NCBI GenBank assembly: GCA_045533905.1
Contig: JAZSIR010000016.1
Span: 32,001 to 96,000 of the forward strand
Direction of reading: 5' to 3'
Source of the DNA: Clostridia bacterium
GTDB taxonomy: Bacteria > Bacillota > Clostridia > UMGS1883 > UMGS1540
DNA length: 64,000 nt
Numbering within the stretch: position 1 is the first letter of the stretch; each line of letters begins with the position of its first letter. The position numbers and the translations under genes are program-made. This document shows positions 39,413 to 49,789 of this stretch, piece after piece. A model generated the notes under the pieces. It was not told where the DNA came from and ran no database searches. It worked only from the letters and a program-made list of their open reading frames with translations.

Positions 39413-40579
39413 CTACTCCAAAACACGGCCGCCATCGCCGGCGTCCGTTACATAAAATGTGGGGGCATAGCCGATTTTTTCGGTATATGCCTTTTCTACA
39501 TTCTGCATAAATTCTTCAACACAGTCGTTTTCTACAAGGCTTACCGTACAGCCACCAAAGCCGGCACCGGTCATACGGGAGCCGAGGCAGCCGCGCTGTG
39601 CCTGCGCCGCATCTACGAGCGTATCCAGTTCGTCACCCGTAACCTCATAAAGGTCACGAAGTGAAGCGTGCGAGGCATCCATAAGCTTACCGAAGCGGGC
39701 AATATCGTCATTTTTCAAAGCTTCTACCGACTGTTTTACGCGGTCACATTCCATAACTACGTGCAGGGCACGCTTTTTTGCAATGGGGTTCTGAATGACA
39801 GAAGCGTTTTCCTCAAACTCGGCAGGCGAGAGGCAACCGAGGTGTACAAGATTCGGCAAAACGGTCTGTAAATCTGCGAGCGCGGCTTCACATTCGGCGC
39901 GGCGCTCGTTATATTTGCTTGTTACAAGACTGCGCTTTTTATTCGTGTTTGCAATTACGATGCGCACAGAACCGAGCGCGAGGGGGACAAGCTCATAGGA
40001 AAGGTCCTTGCAATCCAGGAAAATCGCGTGGCCTGCCTTGCCCATAGCGGAAGCAAACTGGTCCATAATGCCGCAGGCAACGCCGATGTAGTTGTGCTCA
40101 GCTCTCTGGCCGATAATCGCCATCTGGCACATGTCAGGCGTTTTGCCGGTAGAAAGGTGATAAAGACAAAGCGCCGTAGCCACTTCAATCGCCGCCGAGG
40201 AGGAAAGTCCGCCACCGTGCGGGGTGGTATCGTGGAAAAGAAGGTCGCAGCCGGTGACCGTGATGCCGTCTTTTATAAGCTCTGCCGCAACACCAATCTG
40301 GTAGTTGCCCCAGGAAAGTGTTTTGTAGTCATCAATCTTCGAAAGGTCTGCCTCTACTACAATGTTAAGATCGGTCGCGCGCATACGGATGATGTTATCT
40401 TCTCGTTTGCGGGCGATAATTGTGGTGCCAAGCGTGATGGCCGCGGGGAATACGTAGCCGCCGTTATAGTCAGTGTGTTCACCGATAAGATTTACGCGGC
40501 CGGGCGAAGCGTAAACATAAAGTTCGCCGCCTTCGCCAAAATATTTGCAAAATTCGTTTTTTAGTGTCTGTACATCCAT
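39413..40579 (-). CDS. galK: Galactokinase
   Basis: PGRVNLIGEHTDY, GLSSSAA, CGIMDQ, RMTGAGFGGC; start at MDVQ after GGAGG. Confidence 0.96.
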   Translation of the reverse strand: MDVQTLKNEFCKYFGEGGELYVYASPGRVNLIGEHTDYNGGYVFPAAITLGTTIIARKREDNIIRMRATDLNIVVEADLSKIDDYKTLSWGNYQIGVAAELIKDGITVTGCDLLFHDTTPHGGGLSSSAAIEVATALCLYHLSTGKTPDMCQMAIIGQRAEHNYIGVACGIMDQFASAMGKAGHAIFLDCKDLSYELVPLALGSVRIVIANTNKKRSLVTSKYNERRAECEAALADLQTVLPNLVHLGCLSPAEFEENASVIQNPIAKKRALHVVMECDRVKQSVEALKNDDIARFGKLMDASHASLRDLYEVTGDELDTLVDAAQAQRGCLGSRMTGAGFGGCTVSLVENDCVEEFMQNVEKAYTEKIGYAPTFYVTDAGDGGRVLE

Positions 40580-40581
40580 TC

Positions 40582-41556
40582 TTATGCCTCCTCCTTCGCA
40601 ATAAACTTCTGATATGCGGCACGAAGCTCTTCTGCACGTTCTTCCGGTGCCGTGGGATTGCAATGTGCCCAGGCGCCTGTTTCGCTGGAAGCGTTGAACT
40701 TCTGCTTGTCCTTCGACCGCATCGGCGGGAAGAATTCAATATGGAAGTGGAAGTTTTCGCTGCCTTCAAGATTTACGGGCGCGTTGTGCATACACATCAT
40801 ATAGGGGAAGGCATAGTCAAAGAGACAGTCGAGCGTGCCCGCCGTTCTCTTGATGGCTTGCCCTAAAAGAAAGCGTTCTTCTTCCGTGAAATCGGTGATA
40901 TACCGAACACAGCGCTTCGGGGCAATGTACATACCGTACGGATATTCGCAGAAGAAGGGGAGAAAGACCGTGAAGGCTTCGTTCTCAAAGATAATACGTT
41001 TTTCAAATTTCTTTTCTTCCTCGAGCATATCGCAAAGGAGGCAAGCTCCGGTTTCATCCTTATGCATCTTAAAGGATTCTGCTTCCAGTGCCAGCTTTTT
41101 GGGAAGGAAAGAGTAGCCGTAAATCTGGCCGTGCGGGTGGGGCATAGAAACGCCGACCACTTCGCCGCGGTTTTCGAAAATAAAGACGTACTTGATTTTT
41201 TCATCTTTCGAAAGCGCCTCAAACCGTTCGCACCAAAGGTCCACAAGCTCCTTTACATGGGTGTCGCAAAGTTCAGGGAGCGTTTCCGTATGGTTTTTGG
41301 AATAGAGAATAACCTCACATTTTCCGTATGCTTCTGCCGTTTTGTAAACGCCGCCTGCTACATCGTCGGGCACGGGCGGGTCCTGGCGGAGCGCCGGGAA
41401 ATCATTATCATATTTGTATACCGTAAAGTCATCCGGCACTTTGCCGCTGCCGGGGCAAAACGGGCACCAGTCCTTCGGCATATTCGGGCGTGCCTGTCTG
41501 TGCGAGGCTATCATCACCCAGTCGCGTGTTAAAGGGTTAAAACGTAATTCAGCCAT
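40582..41556 (-). CDS. galT: Galactose-1-phosphate uridylyltransferase (class I, HIT-like)
   Basis: ELRFNPL, CPFCPG, NDFPAL, FENRG, HPHGQ active site. Confidence 0.93.
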   Translation of the reverse strand: MAELRFNPLTRDWVMIASHRQARPNMPKDWCPFCPGSGKVPDDFTVYKYDNDFPALRQDPPVPDDVAGGVYKTAEAYGKCEVILYSKNHTETLPELCDTHVKELVDLWCERFEALSKDEKIKYVFIFENRGEVVGVSMPHPHGQIYGYSFLPKKLALEAESFKMHKDETGACLLCDMLEEEKKFEKRIIFENEAFTVFLPFFCEYPYGMYIAPKRCVRYITDFTEEERFLLGQAIKRTAGTLDCLFDYAFPYMMCMHNAPVNLEGSENFHFHIEFFPPMRSKDKQKFNASSETGAWAHCNPTAPEERAEELRAAYQKFIAKEEA

Positions 41557-41603
41557 AGTATCACCTTTCTTTTTCTCTTATTTGAAAGTCAATGTATAAA
41601 ACA

Positions 41604-43016
41604 TTACTTTTGTTCACGGATTTTATAAAATTCTTCTTTCCGGCGGAGCACCTCGTCGAATTCGCGGGTGTATCCGTCATCATGCTTGAAATTGAAAACG
41701 CGGACCACTTTGTCCGGGAGAAGCAGGCGGCTTACGCCTCCGGCACCAAGCGCAAAAATGTGCGCACAGTCGGTCATGGTAGCCGTGTTATAGAAAGACG
41801 CTGTGCCGGGAAGGGAGTAGCCCACATTTTCGAGATTTCCTGCCGTGGCCTTCTGGCGGTACATATAGTAGGGTCGGTAGCCATCCTCGCGCACGGTCTT
41901 ATACGTATAGGCGAGCATATCGGCAACATCAGGGGCTTCGGTCACACCTTCGCCGCTCTGTCGGATGGCCGAGGCGCGCTTCAGATATAAAGTATGTACG
42001 GTAAGACTTTCCGGACGGAGCGCGCGCACTGTATCGAGAGAATAGCGGTACATCGCAAAATCCTCGCCGGGAAGCCCTGCGATAAGGTCTGTGTTGATAT
42101 TCGTAAAACCGGCTTCCCTTGCCATTTCAAATGCAGAAAGAAATTCTGCGGTCGTGTGGCGCCTGCCGATGCGGCGAAGTGTTTCGTTGTGCAAGGTCTG
42201 CGGATTTATGCTGATACGGTTTGTGCCGAGTGTTTTTAAAACAGAAAGCTTTTCGGGCGTTATCGTATCAGGCCGTCCGGCTTCGGTTGTAAATTCCATA
42301 TTTTCAGAAACGGGAAGAAAATTGCGGATCCCTTCGAGAAGGAGCGAAAGCTGCGGCGTGTCAAGGCTTGTGGGCGTGCCGCCGCCGATATACACGGCGC
42401 GAAGGCGAAGGGAAAGATTGCGGATAATTTCCCCTGTCCTTTCTATTTCCCGGAGAAGAAGCCGCACATATTCCTCTTTTGTGGCAACGGCACCCGTGCC
42501 GGAAATAAAAGAGCAATAGCTGCAGCGTGTGGGGCAGAAGGGGATGCCGATGTATACGCAAACCTCCTCGCGGTTTTGCGGGTGCTTGGCCTCTTCAAGT
42601 GCTACACTTACGGCAAGATCAATCTTGTCCTCCTCTACGAGATAGGTTTCGCGGAGAATACGGCGCACAGCCGCTTCATCGTTTCCTTCTTCAAAGAGTA
42701 TGCGCACAAGCTTTGCCGGGCGCACACCCGTCAGAATCCCCCAAGGGGTAGGCATGGAAGAAATTCGGCGGAGTGCAAAATAGGCACTTCGTTTTATAAG
42801 ATTTCCGAGTTCGCGCTTCGTTTCGGGCGCCTCTAAAGAAGTCTCCGTGTGCACTGCACTTTGCCCCGAAAAGGAGGCTTCGCTTAAAACGGACGTCCTG
42901 CCGCCTGCGGTGCTGAGCGTCGTTTTTAGCGTTACACCCTCGTGCTCGGGAAAGAAGAGCAGGACCATCTGCTCCGCTTCATATTCCATCGTATGTCCAT
43001 AGGAAAGTAAGTTCAA
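41604..43016 (-). CDS. hemZ: Radical SAM protein, HemZ (coproporphyrinogen dehydrogenase-like) family
   Basis: PWGILTGVRP, CPTRCSYC, GGGTPT, EAGRPD, PYYMYRQK. Confidence 0.9.
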   Translation of the reverse strand: MNLLSYGHTMEYEAEQMVLLFFPEHEGVTLKTTLSTAGGRTSVLSEASFSGQSAVHTETSLEAPETKRELGNLIKRSAYFALRRISSMPTPWGILTGVRPAKLVRILFEEGNDEAAVRRILRETYLVEEDKIDLAVSVALEEAKHPQNREEVCVYIGIPFCPTRCSYCSFISGTGAVATKEEYVRLLLREIERTGEIIRNLSLRLRAVYIGGGTPTSLDTPQLSLLLEGIRNFLPVSENMEFTTEAGRPDTITPEKLSVLKTLGTNRISINPQTLHNETLRRIGRRHTTAEFLSAFEMAREAGFTNINTDLIAGLPGEDFAMYRYSLDTVRALRPESLTVHTLYLKRASAIRQSGEGVTEAPDVADMLAYTYKTVREDGYRPYYMYRQKATAGNLENVGYSLPGTASFYNTATMTDCAHIFALGAGGVSRLLLPDKVVRVFNFKHDDGYTREFDEVLRRKEEFYKIREQK

Positions 43017-43634
43017 TTATTCCCACTCCCAGTTGAAATTTGCAAAGGGGTTTTGCAGCTTTTCCCGGGCAATCGTTGTTTCTCCCTCGTGCCCGGGGAG
43101 AACAAACGTGTCTTCCGGAAGCGCCAGAAGGCGGCGGATGCTCTTTTGCATCAGAGCCTTGTTTTCACGCGCAAAAATGCCGACGGAGCCGCGGAAAAGC
43201 GTATCGCCCGCAAAGAGAACATCCCCGGCCAAAAAGCAGCAGCTTCCGTCCGTGTGCCCGGGCGTGTGCAATACCGAAAAGTCGGTGCCGCCAATCGAAA
43301 GGGTATCGCTCTCTTCAAAGAGAATATCCGGCGAAAACCCTTCAAAAGGAAAGCCGAAGCGCGCGGCGTGGCTTGTGACCGCATCCCGGAGCATACCGGC
43401 GTCCTCTTTGTGAATATAAATCGGCACCGAAAAGTGCGCGCGTAGTGCGGCTGCAGCCCCTACGTGGTCAAAATGGCCGTGTGTGAGGAAGATGCCGGAA
43501 GGTTTTTTATCCCCGACTGCGGCAATAATCGCTTCCGCATCCTCGCCGGGGTCGATAATGCCCAGATCCTGTCCGTTTCCCGCGAGAAAACAGTTTACGG
43601 AAAGCGGGCCTACGCGTAAAACAGAAATTTCCAT
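43017..43634 (-). CDS. Metallo-beta-lactamase-fold hydrolase (glyoxalase II-like)
   Basis: THGHFDH, HTPGHT, GDTLF, PGH. Confidence 0.92.
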   Translation of the reverse strand: MEISVLRVGPLSVNCFLAGNGQDLGIIDPGEDAEAIIAAVGDKKPSGIFLTHGHFDHVGAAAALRAHFSVPIYIHKEDAGMLRDAVTSHAARFGFPFEGFSPDILFEESDTLSIGGTDFSVLHTPGHTDGSCCFLAGDVLFAGDTLFRGSVGIFARENKALMQKSIRRLLALPEDTFVLPGHEGETTIAREKLQNPFANFNWEWE

Positions 43635-43642
43635 AGTCGCTC

Positions 43643-45823
43643 CTACTGGTGCAGGCGGATGATGTTAAATACACCCGGAATCGTATACAGCCGCTTAATG
43701 ATGGAGTTGAGCTGCTCTGCGTTTTCGATTTCCACGGTAAGGTTAATCATCGCCATCTTATTTTTGAGGGAACGGGAACTCATTGCCGTAATGGCAATCT
43801 TGCCGTCCGAAACTGCATTCGTAATATCTGCAAGAAGACCTTTTCTGTCGGTCGATTCAATCTGAATATCCGAAAGGTAAGCGCCCTGCTGATTTTCAGT
43901 CCAGTAGCAGGAAATGAGGCGGCTGCGATCCTCTTCGGAAAGCGTGTCGGCGTGTACGTTCACACAGTCTGCACGGTGCACGGAAACGCCGCGTCCCTTT
44001 GTGATATAGCCCACAATGTCATCGCCGGGAATCGGCATACAGCACTTGGAAATGCGGACAAGACAGTTGTCGATACCGTGCACGGTGATGTTCGAGGCGC
44101 CGCTTGTGCGCTTAACAGGTGCAAGCGCCGTCTTGATTTCCGCTTCCTTTGCCACTTCGCGGCTGAAGTCCTTAAGGCGCGTGATAATTTTCGGCGGTGT
44201 GATGCTGCCGTAGCCGATGGCGGCATACATATCGTCAATATTGGAAAAGCTGTAGCGGCGAAGGCACGGCTCCAGATATTCCTTCTTAAAGAGCTGTGCA
44301 AAGGTAAAGCCCTGACGGCGAAGCTCGCGTTCAATTGCTTCCTTGCCCTTCGTAATATTCTCCTCGCGCATCTCCTTTTTGAGCCACGCGTTGATTTTGC
44401 TTCGTGCCTGGTTCGTCTTGCAGATTTTGAGCCAGTCGCGGCTGGGACCGTGGACGGACGAGGAAGTCAGAATTTCTACAATGTCGCCCGTTTCCAGCTG
44501 ATAGTCAAGCGGTACAATTTTGGAGTTTACCTTCGCACCCATCATCTTACTGCCTACGGCACTGTGGATGGCAAAGGCAAAGTCAATCGGTGTGGAGCCG
44601 GCAGGGAGGTTTATAACGTCCCCGCGCGGTGTAAAGGTAAAGACCTCGTCAGCAAAAAGGTCGATTTTGAGGGTGCGCATAAATTCCTCTTCATCCGTAA
44701 GGTCCTGTTGAATGTCAAGAAGCTGGCGTACCCAGGCAAACTTTGCATCTGCAGAGTCGCGGCTTTTTTCATCTGTCGCACCTTCTTTGTATTTCCAGTG
44801 CGCCGCAATGCCGTGCTCGGCGGTGCGGTGCATTTCAAACGTGCGGATCTGAATTTCGCAGGGGCTTCCTTCGGGACCCATAACCGTGGTGTGCAGGGAC
44901 TGATACATATTGGGCTTCGGCATTGCGATGTAGTCCTTGAATCGCCCCGGAAGCGGCATAAACAATTCGTGCACCATACCAAGCACCGTATAGCAGTCGC
45001 TCACGGTGTCCACGATGATGCGCACGGCAAAAAGGTCATAGATTTCGTCAATAGACTTGTTCTGTGTGTACATCTTTTTGAAGATGCTGTAAAAGCTCTT
45101 GGCACGGCCTTCGAGCTTATAGGAAAGCCCGAGTGCCTCCAGACGTTCTGCAAGCGTTTTCTTAATCGCTTCAATATAGGCATCGCGTTCGTTTTTCTTT
45201 TTGTTGATGCTTTCCACAATTTCATAATACGCCACAGAATCAAGATGGCGAAGCGCAAGGTCTTCAAGTTCCCACTTGATCTTCGAAATACCGAGACGGT
45301 GGGCGAGCGGTGCATATACCTCAAGCGTTTCGCGCGCCTTTATAAGCCTTTTGTGCGGCGGCATATTCTTGAGCGTGCGCATATTATGGAGGCGGTCGGC
45401 CAGCTTGATTAAAATAACGCGGATGTCCTTTGCCATAGCAAGAAACATCTTACGGAGGCTTTCAATCTGCTGTTCTTCCTTGTCATTAAACTGAATCTTG
45501 TCAAGCTTTGTAACGCCTTCTACTAAAAGCGCCAGATCCTCGCCGAATTCTCTCGCGATATCCTCAAAAGTGACAGGTGTATCTTCAATAACATCGTGCA
45601 AAAGCCCTGCGGCAATGGCTTCCGTATCGAGTTCCATATCCGCGAGAATCCCGGCAACCGCCAAAGGATGCACAATGTACGGCTCGCCTGATTCACGCCA
45701 CTGGTTTTTGTGCATATCGGTTGCGAGCGCATATGCTTTATCCAGAAGCGAAAAGTCCGCCTCCGGCTGATATTTCCATATTTTTTCTTTTATTTCCTGA
45801 TAGGTAGTATGCGTGTTTTGCAT
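43643..45823 (-). CDS. relA: Bifunctional (p)ppGpp synthetase/hydrolase Rel
   Basis: HD domain (LLHDVIED), synthetase RFKDYIAMPK..YQSLHT, TGS, ZFD (CC.P.PGD) and ACT domains. Confidence 0.97.
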   Translation of the reverse strand: MQNTHTTYQEIKEKIWKYQPEADFSLLDKAYALATDMHKNQWRESGEPYIVHPLAVAGILADMELDTEAIAAGLLHDVIEDTPVTFEDIAREFGEDLALLVEGVTKLDKIQFNDKEEQQIESLRKMFLAMAKDIRVILIKLADRLHNMRTLKNMPPHKRLIKARETLEVYAPLAHRLGISKIKWELEDLALRHLDSVAYYEIVESINKKKNERDAYIEAIKKTLAERLEALGLSYKLEGRAKSFYSIFKKMYTQNKSIDEIYDLFAVRIIVDTVSDCYTVLGMVHELFMPLPGRFKDYIAMPKPNMYQSLHTTVMGPEGSPCEIQIRTFEMHRTAEHGIAAHWKYKEGATDEKSRDSADAKFAWVRQLLDIQQDLTDEEEFMRTLKIDLFADEVFTFTPRGDVINLPAGSTPIDFAFAIHSAVGSKMMGAKVNSKIVPLDYQLETGDIVEILTSSSVHGPSRDWLKICKTNQARSKINAWLKKEMREENITKGKEAIERELRRQGFTFAQLFKKEYLEPCLRRYSFSNIDDMYAAIGYGSITPPKIITRLKDFSREVAKEAEIKTALAPVKRTSGASNITVHGIDNCLVRISKCCMPIPGDDIVGYITKGRGVSVHRADCVNVHADTLSEEDRSRLISCYWTENQQGAYLSDIQIESTDRKGLLADITNAVSDGKIAITAMSSRSLKNKMAMINLTVEIENAEQLNSIIKRLYTIPGVFNIIRLHQ

Positions 45824-45841
45824 AGTGTAGGCTCCCTTATC

Positions 45842-47533
45842 CTATTGTTTCGTGCGGATATCCTGCAGAATGATTTGCGGCGTTTCCGTGCCGCCGTATG
45901 TATTGATACTGAGTTCTCCTAAAATGTCAACCACTTCGCCGCGCGTAAGCGTCTCGGCGAGTGCACCTTGCCCAAAGGCAATGCAGTCCACCGCGGCACC
46001 TTTTTTGAAAAGGCGGAGGAAGAGGTGCTTGTGATCCTTCGAAGTGCGAGCAGAGGATATTGTCACATCCGAAAGGAGAAATACGGGCCTTGCATTTCCG
46101 GCACCGAAGGGCTCAAGGCGCATAACCTGTTTTGCCACTTCAAGAAGCGGAAGTGAAATATCAAGCGGTGCATCCACATCAATGGTTGGCACGGTTTCTT
46201 CTTCGCAAAGCATTTTATCGGCATAGCGGTTCAGAGCTTCCGAAAGCGCCGTTACGTTCTTTGCGGGAAGCGTAAGGCCTGCCGCAAGCGCGTGCCCGCC
46301 ATAGCGATCCAGAAGCGGTTCGGCCGAGGAAAGCGCATCAAACAAATTCATGCCGGGTACGGCGCGGCCGCTGCCCTTGCCGGTTTCCCCGTCCGTGGAA
46401 ATCAGAATGGTCGTCTTGTAAAATTTTTCGGAGAGCTTTGAGGCAATAATCCCGATAATGCCATGGTGCCAGCCTTCGTGCGCGAGAACCATTACCTTTT
46501 TGTCTGCATAGTCGCCCTTTTCTATCATTTCGAGGGCTTCATCCATAATGGCATTGCTTGCATTCTTGCGCGCATCGTTCTGGGCATTCAGCATATCGGC
46601 AAGCGCAGAAGCTTCCGCCTCGGAATCCGTCAGAAGAAGACGGACAGCAGGAAGGCAGCTTCCCATACGGCCTGCGGCGTTGAGCCGCGGTGCCGCGTAA
46701 AAACTAATCTGGTATGCCGTCAGAGCATCGGGCGTGATGGCGGCTTTTCCAAAGAGCGCCGCAAGACCCACAGAGGGCATCTTGCGCATTTTGCGAAGTC
46801 CGAGGTCTGAAATGGCACGATTCTCATCGGTGAGTGAGACAACATCCGCAATTGTGGCGAGCGCGGCAATGTCAGCATATTCCGTTACCATCCGTTTTGT
46901 GTCGCCCGAAAGGGCACAAATCAACTTAAAGGCCACACCTGCCCCCGCAAGTGCCTTGAAGGGATAGGGGCAATCCGGTCTTTTGGGATTTATCACAGCT
47001 ACGGCGTCGGGAAGCGTTTCGCCTACCGAGTGGTGGTCCGTTACAATCACATCAACGCCGAGGCTTTTGGCAAGCGCTGTTTCCGCGCACGCGGTAATCC
47101 CTGTGTCCACCGTGATGATAAGCTTTGTGCCGTCTGCCGATATGCGGCGGATGGCCGCCTCGCCGAGACCGTAGCCCTCCGTCTCGCGGTCAGGAATGTA
47201 GAAGGCGCAGTCGGCCCCTTCGTTTTGGAGATAGGAGTAGAGAAGCGCAACGGAAGAGATGCCGTCCACATCATAGTCCCCGTACACCGTAATTTTTTCT
47301 TTGTTTGTAATTGCATTTCGGATGCGCGCGGTCGCCTTTTCCATATCCTTCAGAAGGAACGGGTCGTGCAGCGCCGCAAGACCGCCTGTGAGAAACCCGG
47401 GCGCACTTTCCGCCGTAAGCCCTCGCACCGCTAAAAGAAGCGCTATCAGAGGGGAGACGGAAGCCGATTTCGCAATCGCCGCCGTGGTTTTCGGATCCAC
47501 ATTCTTATACAGTATATTCCATCTTTTTTTCAA
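45842..47533 (-). CDS. recJ: Single-stranded-DNA exonuclease RecJ
   Basis: YGDYDVDG, TVDTG, TDHH, PRLNAAGR, GGHALAAG, EPFG.GN. Confidence 0.95.
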   Translation of the reverse strand: MKKRWNILYKNVDPKTTAAIAKSASVSPLIALLLAVRGLTAESAPGFLTGGLAALHDPFLLKDMEKATARIRNAITNKEKITVYGDYDVDGISSVALLYSYLQNEGADCAFYIPDRETEGYGLGEAAIRRISADGTKLIITVDTGITACAETALAKSLGVDVIVTDHHSVGETLPDAVAVINPKRPDCPYPFKALAGAGVAFKLICALSGDTKRMVTEYADIAALATIADVVSLTDENRAISDLGLRKMRKMPSVGLAALFGKAAITPDALTAYQISFYAAPRLNAAGRMGSCLPAVRLLLTDSEAEASALADMLNAQNDARKNASNAIMDEALEMIEKGDYADKKVMVLAHEGWHHGIIGIIASKLSEKFYKTTILISTDGETGKGSGRAVPGMNLFDALSSAEPLLDRYGGHALAAGLTLPAKNVTALSEALNRYADKMLCEEETVPTIDVDAPLDISLPLLEVAKQVMRLEPFGAGNARPVFLLSDVTISSARTSKDHKHLFLRLFKKGAAVDCIAFGQGALAETLTRGEVVDILGELSINTYGGTETPQIILQDIRTKQ

Positions 47534-47715
47534 AATCGCACCTCAATAATGGTCTTTCCAATTATTGTACCACATCCGCATAAAAAAAACAACATTTTTA
47601 TGCAAATTTCCTGCCAAAATCTTACAAAATCCGGCAGAAGAAAAACAGCATTTTACAAAGGCCAGCGCCGCACGCGGAAATTACGGTTTTCTGCCTTTTA
47701 AAATCGAAGTTTTTC

Positions 47716-47744
47716 TTTACAAAACGCGGGAAATATGGTATACT
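47716..47744 (+). promoter_or_regulatory. Sigma-A promoter of metA-hypothetical-pth-mfd
   Basis: TTTACA-17 bp-TATACT with extended -10 TG. Confidence 0.6.
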
Positions 47745-47776
47745 ATTACAAAGTATTTTTTTGGGAGGACAAAGGA

Positions 47777-48703
47777 ATGCCGATTCGAATTCCCGATGCA
47801 CTGCCGGCGGCAGGCATTTTGCAGAGAGAAAATATATTTGTAATGACGGAAAAGAGAGCGGAAGGGCAGGATATCCGTCCGCTTCGTATTGCTGTTTTTA
47901 ACTTGATGCCTACAAAAATTGCCACAGAAACACAGCTGATCCGTTCGCTTTCAAACTCTCCCTTGCAGGTGGAGCTCGTGCTTTTGCACACAGAAACCCA
48001 CCAGTCCAAAAACACGCCGGAGGAGCATCTTTCCTCCTTCTATAAAACCTTTTCCGATGTAAAGCATAAGAAGTTTGACGGGCTTATTATTACAGGCGCC
48101 CCTGTGGAGCTTATGGATTTTGAAGATGTGGACTACTGGGAAGAAATCTGCGCTGTGATGGAATGGTCGAAAACAAATGTCACGAGCACACTGCACATCT
48201 GCTGGGCGGCACAGGCAGGCCTTTATTATCATTACGGCATCAAAAAACACGAGCTTTCCGAAAAAATGTTCGGCGTGTTCCGTCACGATGTTGTATCTCC
48301 GAAAGCGCCTTTAATGCGCGGGTTTGACGATGTTTTCTACGCGCCGCACTCCCGCCATACCGAGATTTTGCAAAAAGACATTGAAGCCGTGCCGGAACTT
48401 GAAATTCTGGCGGTGAGTGAGGATGCAGGTGTGTATCTCGCCGTCTCGCGAGATGGCAAGAATGTGTTTGTAACGGGTCATTCGGAATACGATGCGGACA
48501 CACTTCATAATGAGTATGTGCGAGATGTAAACCGCGGGCTTCCCATCGCAGTGCCCAGAAACTATTATCCCGACGATGATCCCAAGAAAGCACCTGTGGT
48601 ACGTTGGCGCTCGCATTCCAACCTTCTGTTTGTAAACTGGCTCAATTACCATGTATATCAGATTACGCCGTATGACTGGGATGCGGAGGATGAAGCGGAA
48701 TGA
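47777..48703 (+). CDS. metA: MetA-family homoserine O-acyltransferase, probably acetyl-specific
   Basis: MPIRIP...QDIRPL, NLMP, TGAPVE (Glu at the specificity position), [13 protein letters not shown]. Confidence 0.93.
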   Translation: MPIRIPDALPAAGILQRENIFVMTEKRAEGQDIRPLRIAVFNLMPTKIATETQLIRSLSNSPLQVELVLLHTETHQSKNTPEEHLSSFYKTFSDVKHKKFDGLIITGAPVELMDFEDVDYWEEICAVMEWSKTNVTSTLHICWAAQAGLYYHYGIKKHELSEKMFGVFRHDVVSPKAPLMRGFDDVFYAPHSRHTEILQKDIEAVPELEILAVSEDAGVYLAVSRDGKNVFVTGHSEYDADTLHNEYVRDVNRGLPIAVPRNYYPDDDPKKAPVVRWRSHSNLLFVNWLNYHVYQITPYDWDAEDEAE

Positions 48704-49203
48704 AAATCTCGCCGAAATACATATACCGGTATGCATACGGGCTTTTAGAAAATGTAACGCCGATGCACACCGATTGCGGCGCACTTTGCGGTGCGGCGTG
48801 CTGTGCGGATAACGATGTCGGCACGGGGATGTATCTGTATCCGGGTGAGGAATGTATGCTCTCGCCTTGTCCTCTGTGGGCCGAGATTGAGGATTCCGGC
48901 TTCTTTTTTGAAGGCTATGAAGCCAAAATTTTATCCTGTCCGTCTCGGTGCGAAAGAAATCTCCGCCCGCTTGCCTGCCGTATTTTTCCGCTTGTTCCGT
49001 ATAAAAAGGCGGGGGAGCGGATGAAAATCATATATGACCCGCGCGCGGCGCTTCTTTGCCCATTAGAGCCCTCTGCGCTTTCGGAAGAATTCTGCATAGC
49101 TGTCACCCGCGCCATGCGCGCCGTGTGCAAACTGCGCGAGGGGCGCGCTTTTATCGAAGCACAGTCGAAACTTGTGGACGAATATGTTCGTCTGCACCTT
49201 TGA
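48700..49203 (+). CDS. Cysteine-rich hypothetical protein, possible YkgJ/CxxCxxCC-like metal-binding protein
   Basis: [29 protein letters not shown]; ATGA overlap with metA and fills the gap to pth. Confidence 0.7.
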   Translation: MKISPKYIYRYAYGLLENVTPMHTDCGALCGAACCADNDVGTGMYLYPGEECMLSPCPLWAEIEDSGFFFEGYEAKILSCPSRCERNLRPLACRIFPLVPYKKAGERMKIIYDPRAALLCPLEPSALSEEFCIAVTRAMRAVCKLREGRAFIEAQSKLVDEYVRLHL

Positions 49204-49213
49204 AGGAGAAACT

Positions 49214-49789
49214 ATGTATCTGATTGTAGGCCTCGGAAACCCCGGGAAACAGTATGAAGACACGCGCCACAATGTAGGCTTCAAAACGATTGACTATCTT
49301 TCTGCAAAATGGGATATTCCCGTTAAAAAGATTCGCTTTCGTGCGCTTTTGGGCGAAGGTCTTGTAAACGGAGAAAAGGTGATTTTGGCAAAGCCCTCCA
49401 CCTTTATGAATGCCAGCGGCGAAAGCGTTGGTGAAATTGTGCGCTATTATAATCTGCCGCCTGAAAATGTAATCGTTGTGCAGGATGATGTGGCCCTTTC
49501 CGTGGGAAGACTCCGCATCCGCCATTCGGGAAGTGACGGCGGCCATAACGGTATCAAGTCCATTTTGTATCATTTGCAAAGTGACGCGTTTGTGCGCCTT
49601 AAAATCGGCGTCGGTAGTGCAGCACACGATATGGTTTCCCACGTCCTCGGCACGTTTTCGAAGGAGGACGGCGTGGCCGTCACTCGTTGCATCCGCGTTT
49701 CGGATGACATTATGGAAACGATTATGGCGAAAGGCGCCGGCGAAGCGATGAATCGCTATAACAGTTTTGGCAAAACGGAGGCAGAATGA
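49214..49789 (+). CDS. pth: Peptidyl-tRNA hydrolase
   Basis: LIVGLGNPG..Y..TRHNVGF, KPSTFMNASG, GGHNG. Confidence 0.97.
   Translation: MYLIVGLGNPGKQYEDTRHNVGFKTIDYLSAKWDIPVKKIRFRALLGEGLVNGEKVILAKPSTFMNASGESVGEIVRYYNLPPENVIVVQDDVALSVGRLRIRHSGSDGGHNGIKSILYHLQSDAFVRLKIGVGSAAHDMVSHVLGTFSKEDGVAVTRCIRVSDDIMETIMAKGAGEAMNRYNSFGKTEAE

Noticed and set aside
43649-45412. 587-aa plus-strand ORF opposite relA
   Set aside because: Antisense shadow; translation has no recognisable family features.
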